A stretch of DNA of 64,000 bases from Paraspadella gotoi (lineage: Eukaryota > Animalia > Chaetognatha), in the NCBI GenBank assembly GCA_051294375.1, contig CM119263.1, positions 330,019 through 394,018 on the forward strand, written 5' to 3'. Both the position numbers and the translations under genes were made by a program. Numbering within the stretch: position 1 is the first letter of the stretch; every line of letters starts with the position of its first letter. This document shows, in pieces, positions 33,541-64,000 of this stretch. Under the pieces are notes generated by a model, which was given only the letters and a program-made list of their open reading frames with translations, was not told where the DNA came from and ran no database searches.

Positions 33541-35886
33541 TGACACAATGAAAAATAGCGTAACGTTACTGTTCGTGCATAAAAAATAATTCACTGTTCA
33601 ATAAATATTATATTTCTTTTTATTTTTTGAAACGTTTTATAGTTTCATATGATTGATATCAAAATATCAATGCAAAATTCCTTTTTTTGTTTTTTAGATA
33701 TAACTGATTATAGGGGTTGAAGATGATAAATTTTGTTAAAAATTACTTATTTATATTTATTCATAGAACTGTAATAAAAAAAATAAAAAAAAAATAATAG
33801 TACTAATAGTTAGTGTTATGTCTCAAATAGATTGGAAAAAAAAACCTCAATTAAAATTCGATTCGGAAGTGGTCCGCGGTAAACTAAGGCTTACCAATGG
33901 CTATATCTCCACGCCGATTGTTCTCTCAAATTAATTTTTTTTATTTAAATACACTTTGAAAGGGAAAAAAAAGGAAATTTGGAATGCAGTTGCATGAAAG
34001 AGGTAACAGATAAATCTGCACTTATTGACATGATTAACCATTGACCTCTCTATATCTTGTTGAAATGGGAGCAGTAAAGAAATTCTAAAAAAATTTCATT
34101 CATTAAGTCCAGTCAATGAACCTTTCCAATGGGCTATTACGAAAAAATATTTTCTTCTTTAATTAAATGGATGATAAATAATAGAATTTAAATTCTTTGC
34201 TATATTTTAAAAAAAAAATATTTTTAAAAACAAATTTGAACACAATGATGTTTGCTTTGTTCAAATATGTTACCAGCTATATAATTTTTGACCAACTTTA
34301 TTATGATAAACAAGCAGTGTGTCAAGCTTTTAGTTAATGTAGTTAAAGATAAATGAAAAATTGACGATTTTATTTCACAGACAAGAAGCGCAGATGTCCA
34401 TCTGTTTATATCAACTGAAAAATCATTTTGTTTTTATTCATTTTAATATTTTAAAAATATATTTAATCAGCTACAACATAAATTTAGCTTGTTTGTTTAC
34501 TTTAACTGAAAAATATAAGCAATTTTTATGGAATAAAAAAAATTTAAGTAATAAACAAAATGCTAATTCAGTCTTTCCTTTTTTCCAAATTACAAAAGAA
34601 AAAGAAACAATTTTATATGTCTTCATTGAAATTTTTAAAGCCAAAAAACTTGTTATACTTTTAACTCTGCGATTTAAACAAAAGCTGTATGTAAATATTT
34701 TATGGATTTTAATTTTAATAAAACTCTTTTTAGAAAGGTGTCCCATGATTAGGGCTTTAAATTTGATACCACATCCACCTCTTGCTACCTGTTTTCTTTC
34801 AAAAGTTATTTAAATAAAAAATATTTTTTAAAAATTACGCCAGTACAAATCTTGTTAAATTAAAATTTCGGGCATAAGCGGAGTATCTCACGTTATTTCG
34901 ATTGCGTACAAATAACTTATATTTTCAAAATAAAACTTGAGAAAATTTTTTTGTCATTTTTGAGGAAATATCACTTTTAGATGTTACCATCATATAATAA
35001 TTTATTTATTTATTTCCACCCAAAAAAGCCTAATATAAAAGTTGAAATTTTTTTCAAAATTTGTTGAAAAAAAATTTCGTCCGACCTATGCTCATGAGAA
35101 TAATGGTTTTGCATAGAAAATCAAAATATCAAAAAAATAAAAAAATCAGCCTCTAGAAAAATTCGAAAGGCTAAGAGGCTGATTTTTTTATAGAATTGCA
35201 CAAATTTTTTTCCTAACTCTTATCCATTATTCTCAAAGTTTCAAAATATTTTTTTTCCAAAAAATCATTCAATCAATTTTTTTTTATTAATTTAAAATGT
35301 TTTTTTATGATGTTGTTTTTGTTTAAAGAATTTTGAAAAAAAGTGAAAAATATAGTAATTATTATTTATAAGGTTTTTTTGAAAATACCGTTTAAAATAT
35401 TAAATTAATTTAGACACATAGCGGGAATAAGCAGAGAAAACTTCCCATTCATAAAGAAAATTTGAAAATGAATGTCATATTGTTATTTAGATTAATTGAA
35501 CTATTACAAACAAATGATTCATATAAATTGAGGGAAATGATGCGGTAAAAAATATTCATTCTTTTGGTTCTCGCCGTTAACTTATTTTAGGTTATTGTTA
35601 AAGTTTTGTTTTTAATAATATTAATTATTTTTTTGGCATTTATAAAATGCAATGCGTCTAAAATTTGTAAAGCGTTGTCGAGCCATATATTGCCTTCATC
35701 TTTTAATTACTATTTTTGATCAGCTTAGCTTTAGTTGATTGGTCAAGGTTATGGTCAGATACAGTAATGGTCAGTAGTGTATATCGCACATATTACCAAG
35801 ATAAATGATCAATTAATTTGGCTCGACAATTTAACGGACAAAATCAGCACGAGACCGTATCGCACGTTATTTTTCATTTGGTGTCA
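33541..35886. mobile_element. Non-autonomous TIR DNA transposon, 2.35 kb, present in one arm only
   Basis: Termini TGACACAATGAAAAATAGCGT / ACGTTATTTTTCATTTGGTGTCA. The empty site in the other arm (36835-36850) shows a TA (or ATAT) duplication. No transposase ORF. Confidence 0.8.
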
Positions 35887-36463
35887 TATTCTTATTTTTG
35901 TAATTAATCATTTTTAATTTAATTGTTCAACTGTTTTCAAAAGGACAACCATGGTCCATCCTCACCCTGAGAGAGGATTGGCTACTAAAAGCCGTTGACT
36001 CTATACTCCCTGTTCTGGCCCAGCTCCTTCGTCCACGAATCCAACCAACGCTTACGTCCGGCATATTCCCCGCTTCCGCTTCCTCCCCAGAGCCGCCTTC
36101 CGCCGCCGCTTCCGCCACCGTCATCCACATCTCGCTCTTCCTTAGATACGGCGAGGTCTTCGGTTTGACCGCGAGGCGGAGGTTGGGGCGACCCCCGGCG
36201 GCGAGGATGAACTCGGGGTGAGCGAATGAAGGGTGAGGTTGGGTTGGGAAAGTTTGAACGTTCATTCTCTTCATGGGGCTGGTCTGGCGGGGGGGAAGGT
36301 AAGTTTAAGCTTAAGTGAAGCGGAATTTGTTGAAAAGGTACGGAAATTAAAAAGTTGAATCGAAAATATTGTTTAATGCTCATATGAGAGAGAGAGAGAG
36401 AGAAGACGAAGAGAGACGAAGAGAGAAGATGAGGAGAGAGAGAGAGAGACCCCCCCCAACCAG

Positions 36464-37102
36464 CCATGAAGAGAACGACGTTCAAACTTTCCCAACCCAA
36501 CCTCACCCTTCAATTCCTCACCCCGAGTTTCATCTCTCGCCGCCGGGGGTCGCCCACCTCCGCCTCGCGGTCAAACGAAGACCTCGCCGTATCTAAGGAA
36601 GAGCGAGATGTGGATGACGGTGGCGGAAGCGGCGGCGGAAGCGGCTTCTGGGGAGGAAGCGGAAGCGGGGAAATGGTCGGCGGAAGCGTTGGTTGGATTC
36701 GTGGACGAAGGAGCTGGGCCAGTAACAGGGAGAAGAGTCAACGGCTTTTAGAGCCAGTCTCTCTCAGGGTGAGGATGGACATGGTTGTCTTTTGAAACAG
36801 TTGAACAATTAAATTAAAATGATTAATTACAAAAAAGAATATTACAAATAAGCAACGCCCTTTTCTTTTATAAGGAAAACGATGTTCATTTGTCGTTCGA
36901 CAACAATTCGGCTGAGATTGAAGTACTACCAGCGACAACGGAGGAAACGACGGAAACTAATAGCGACGAACAAAACGACAATCAAGTTGTGATCGAAACT
37001 TGTTCGGGGAGAACGGCGAAAAATTCTAATATTACTTCAACGTGCTCAATCATAATAACCGACGATGAAAATAACTCATTTAGAAGAGAGGATATCTTTT
37101 AG
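36464..37102 (+). CDS. Probable C-terminal tail exons of the same GPCR (36464-36783, 36875-37102)
   Basis: In-frame GT-AG intron 36784-36874 and stop at 37102. The phase-1 start fits the left-arm reading of GPCR exon 9/10. SQPNLT here echoes SQPNLS in exon 9. The exons become contiguous with the GPCR once the inverted copy is removed. Confidence 0.55.
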
Positions 37103-37725
37103 ATTATATATACATACATAGGCTACTTTTCCCTTGTTATCGTCTACCGGATAGATCTATTTGTTTGGAAAAAAAAACCTCTGTTAAAATACAAAAAAAA
37201 GTTTCTCCTAGATGTCATTTGTCTGAATAATTTCGAGTAAATGAAAGATAGGAGATTATTTAAGTAAAATTAATAACTAAACGCAAAGGAATCTTACAAA
37301 ATAGCTTATCTATTAAATAAATGGATAGTTTTATGGTTGCTTTTATGAATTTCCCGAAATAAAGAATAAAAGAGAAAAAAGGAAGTCATCATGTACATTG
37401 TTTATGGTATATTGTACATTGTACAATGTACATTGCCCTGTGGCCAATGGACGCGATCTAAGTTTAAAAAAAAGAATTAGACATAAAAATATACCAACTA
37501 ATATTTCGTAATAAATATTCTAAACTAATGTATTTATAAAAAAACATCAAGACACAAGAAGTATTTGATAAATCTTTTATTACGAAGATCAACAAAACAT
37601 TTGTAACAAGTTTAATTCTTCGAAAAACCTAAACACAAAAAGATAAAAAAATTATTTGAGCGACGCATCGACGCATGAATTTTCAATCCATTATTTCATA
37701 ATAAATATTTAATTATAACTAATAA

Positions 37726-59705
<21,980 letters not shown>

Positions 59706-60357
59706 CTGTGAAAAAAAAAATAGGTACATGTATGTTTGGTGAAAGAAGACAACACAGACAGCCCTCTCCCATGAGTAATATATATTTTTGAGATTTAGAT
59801 TATCTGAAAACAAATTAATAAAAAGTAATAATAATAATAATAATAAATAATAATAATAATAAATATAGAATTTGTAATAAATAATTTTAATTAATATTTT
59901 AAAATCTAAAACTTAGAAGAGTGAAACGATTAATTTTAAATATTTAAAATAAATTAGCGAATGTTTCAAGTTTATTTTGTCCGTTTTTGCTCTTTCTCTC
60001 TCTCTCTCCGCCGAGTTATTAATCAACGTTCTCTCTTTTAAGCTCTGAGCCTTAGGTGACGACCTATAAATCTTAAATGTTTTCCATTGTCAACTTCATG
60101 CCTTCGGCCAAGCAGATTATTTAGACCATTCATCATATCTCACTTATTAAAATATTTAACAAACTACTATCCTTCAATTTTAACACATTAAAGACCCAAT
60201 GAAAGAAACTAATTTCTAGTAAATCGCTCGCCGACCCAAAAAAAAAGGAGTCAGAGAGACTGGTAAAGCCAATTGTTTTTATGGGCACGCCCGTGCGCGC
60301 CCCCCAAGCGAGCGCCAAGAGGCTCCGATAAAGGAAATGGATTACGGGAGGAGAGAG

Positions 60358-60421
<64 letters not shown>

Positions 60422-60941
60422 CGAGAGAGAGAGAGAGAGAGCGAGATAGAGAGAGAAACCATTTCAAGACAGATCGTTGACACCATTGCGTCACAATGGA
60501 AGATCAATGACCTGAGATTTAGAAGAAAAAATCGATCCCTGATTGTATTTATGTATTTATTTATGTATTTATGTATTTATGCTTTGACCACCTCCACCTA
60601 CACTTTGCGTCATGCTATGCCACTCTCGCCATAAAACGCCATAAAACCCACACTTACCTCCCCCATTGGTGATCGATCTCGGTACCTAATGGTCATGACT
60701 CATGAGCTGATGGTAATACTCGGGCTGAATTTATTGCGATGCCCCACTATTTAGCTATTAATTGAACCACAAACAAACATGATCATCTACAAATGTAAAA
60801 TATCAATATTAAACCCTCAGGTCAATGGAATAAAATTTTATCAAAACTTAATCAGAATACGAAAATATGCAAATGAGATTGAGGAACTCATTCTCATTTG
60901 AAATAATCCAGATATTAATCTGCTACACACTCTAACCTAAC

Positions 60942-61934
60942 CAACTCTCTTCTGGCCTCGTTTGGTCTCCGCTGCTTCTCTGATCCAAATCCCTTGACGA
61001 CGAATTCCCCGGCGCCGCCCGACGACGCGGCGTCGCCCAACGCCGCAGCCCCGCCGCGACGGGCGCCGGTCGAAGAGTCGATGTCGGTTTCGGGTTCCGC
61101 GTCGCCGGTTTGAACGTTGACACCGAGGGGACGAGAGAAGAACCTGAAGAGAAGGGAAATGAATAAAATAGATAAAATAATAGAATCGATAAAAATGGAT
61201 TAAATGGATGTAATCGATAAAATGGATAAAATGGATGGAATCGATCAAATGGATGGAATCGATAAAATGGATGGAATCAATCAAATGGAGAGAATCGATA
61301 AAATGAATGACATCGATAAAATAATTGTAAAATGGACGTTCGTTTTCGTAAATTTGATCAATAACAAATAAAGAGAACCAGACGGTCAACTGTGAAAGAA
61401 AAATCGATCTTTGATGAAATTTTAATCACTATTAAAATTGAGTTCATTATTTTTTCTTGGTGATAACAGAAAGACAAAAAGACTGAAAAACAAAAAGTCA
61501 AAAGACCGAAGCACAGAAAGACAGAAAAACTGAGGGACAGAAAAAGTGAAAGACAAAAAAACAGAATGACAGATAGAAAAACACAAAGACAGAAAAACAG
61601 GAAAACAGAAAGACAGAAATACATAAAGAACAGAAAGACAGAAAACCAGATAGAAAGATAGACAAAAAGAAAGAAAAACTGAAAGACAGAAAGACAAAAA
61701 GATAGAAAGAGAGAAAAACAGAAAACAAAAGGAATTTCTTTGTTCGATCACCGACTGGAGTCGGAATTGCTAATCAAGTCTCACCACACCCACAAGAATG
61801 AGCGATTCACCGAGTCACAACCGAATCACGGCGGCATCACGGTGGCATCACGGTGGCATCACGGCGGCATCACGGTGGCATCACGGTGGCATCACAACGG
61901 AATTTAGTTTTCTTCAACTCACCGTCGATCTTTT

Positions 61935-61969
<35 letters not shown>

Positions 61970-62317
61970 AGCGGCGCCCGGCGTCGCCACGAACGAACTT
62001 CCGTCGGGAACGCCGCGAACTCCAAGCGCCGCCATCTCCACCTCATCGACGCCCTCGAAAGATGGCGCCGTTCTGTGAAAGGCGCCGCCGGTGACGCGCC
62101 CACTTCCGCCGGCGTCCACGGCGCCGTGGAATCTGGTTTCGACTCTGTCTCCCTCGTCCCCGACGACTCTTTCTCTATCGTTTAAATCGGAGACGAAGCC
62201 GAGGTCTGTGGCGCCGACGAAGAAGCGTTCGTTGTCTCTGTCTCTGTCTTTCTCGTCGCCAACGTCTCTCTCTCTGTCGACTCCGATGATCGGAGACTCC
62301 GTCGTCCAAACTTCCAT
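60942..62317 (-). CDS. Possible upstream exons of the adenylyl cyclase or of a neighbouring gene (62317-61923, 61143-60942)
   Basis: GC-rich islands with ATG at 62317, donor cg|gtgag at 61923, acceptor ttcag at 61144 and open frames. The connection to the downstream exons is not uniquely resolvable. Confidence 0.4.
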
Positions 62318-62438
62318 CTTTAAAATCGCGTCGAGAAATTCATTTCTTTTTTTGTTTATTGCTTTATTTTCTGTTAAATTCTGAAAGAAAATGTTAACTT
62401 AATAAAAATAATAATTATTAGAAAGTATGAATTATTTG

Positions 62439-62489
<51 letters not shown>

Positions 62490-62549
62490 GCCACCCTAAC
62501 ACTACAGTTTCTTGATCAGGATAAGTTCCTATATTCCAACCGTGCTTAA

Positions 62550-62695
62550 CATGTCAGTGAACATATCAGTGGACATATCAGTGAACATATCAGTGAACAT
62601 ATCAGTGGACATATCATAACATATCAGTGGATATATCAGTGGACATATTAGTGGATATATTAGTGGACATATCAGTGGAAAAATCAGTGGACATA
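62550..62695. repeat. 12-bp minisatellite
   Basis: atatcagtggac variants. Confidence 0.85.
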
Positions 62696-63138
62696 CAGGG
62701 TCCAATTTGAAACCCGATGAGTCCGGATAAAAATTCCATTTTGACATCCGATGAATGACCCAACCCCCCCCCCCTCCCAAGTCAACTGGTGAGGCTTTCC
62801 GTCAGCTTCACAACTTCACCAATATTATTGTCCAATAACCTCACGCAAAAGGTGAGTTAAAATCTCCCTTACTAAGCAAAGCTCGTAAAAAAAAATAATT
62901 AAGAAATCCTACCGCGCAGAACCCGTTTCGTTTAATGCAATAATCTAAAAAATTAATCTTTTTAATCTTTCTAATCTTTCTAATCCGCACGTTTGAGCGA
63001 AATCGGAAATATTGATTTATCCGATTTTTTACTTCGACTCGAAAATACGATATCCGTTTGGAATTCCGATTCATGGAGAGGAAGGAAGAAAAAAATAGCA
63101 CTCTCTATCTCTTTACTCTCTCTTCCTTTCATTTCCTC

Positions 63139-63189
<51 letters not shown>

Positions 63190-64000
63190 ATTCGATGAAG
63201 CAAGTAAGAGATTAAGAAGAAAAAATATTATCTTCTGGCCAAAGAAACCAATCCGTTAAATTTACATATGTACTACATTATGTAGTATGGGTGTAATCTA
63301 AGATTGCAAACAGACCTTAAAGGAAATAATATACGTGGGTTTGACATTCTTGGCCACGCAGGATTTTTGATCAAGCAATTCTCTAACTTTTCCACTTTGG
63401 CAGGAAGACATCGTGATTGGTGATTATTATAATTATTATTTTTATGATGATGATGATGATGATGATGTTTATGATAAATGATGTTTATGATAAATGATCA
63501 TGATGATGATGATGTTGAAAATGAGGATTCCACTCCGAATTTGTACACCGGAAGTAAAAAAAAACCAGATGCTAAAATATTTTTGTTCCAAAGATTCTTT
63601 CAGCGCGACGAACGAAAAGTTCGACTCAAAGAACAAAAATCCCAAAGGTTTTTTTGTTCTGGGAAGAGCGGAGCTCGCGGCGGCTTTTCTGGGTTCACCG
63701 GACCAACGGATTAATTGGAATCGACAAAAAGAGACGGGAAACCAAAACAAACGACGACAACAACGACGACGAAGGATTCCGAGGCTAAAAATAGAATCGA
63801 GGTCTTCAGCTTTGAAGGATCTTCCCTTGTAAACCTTCTGAACAATTTTTGTTTTAAAACAAATAACATTTTCTCCATCTATTTAATTTTTGTTATTTTT
63901 TGTCGTTAACGATTTCTATTGGCAGTTGGTTGTACTCGCGGAGCAAATCTCGAAGTCTCTTGGGTATCGGTCGGTCTGTCCTTTGGGTATCGGTCTGTCT

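Noticed and set aside
34361-34813. 150-aa ORF as the transposase of the TIR element
   Set aside because: AT-rich F/I/K/L composition with no recognisable DDE or HTH motif.

Overview
AT-rich, intron-rich animal (probably invertebrate) genomic DNA full of (GA)n/(GAC)n microsatellites, with clear long-read assembly scars: three 25-N spacers, SMRTbell-like remnants and indel-ridden duplicates. Three genes can be reconstructed by hand. (1) An orphan rhodopsin-family GPCR on + (12053-~19928, tail exons probably 36464-37102). (2) A multi-exon ADCY5/6-like transmembrane adenylyl cyclase on - (37726-~59705). (3) A same-strand gene nested in a 7.7-kb cyclase intron (39952-45070), encoding a DZIP3-type HEPN domain (RNAISH = Rx4H), a coiled coil, a long Pro/Gln repeat and a KLHDC-like Kelch propeller; it is bracketed by ~100-bp inverted repeats and is the most novel item. 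Positions ~20090-36296 are a reverse-complement copy of both flanks. The A-S-A'-gap-B'-S-B layout is best explained by two haplotypes joined through a ~170-bp micro-inversion, and one arm carries a private 2.35-kb TIR insertion. Mobile elements include a TRIM with tRNA-like LTRs and TA...CA termini (4-bp TSDs at three independent sites), a Penelope-type minimal hammerhead ribozyme hairpin, DINE-1/HINE-like elements and a tRNA-derived SINE head. All gene models come from manual reading and are not database-verified.
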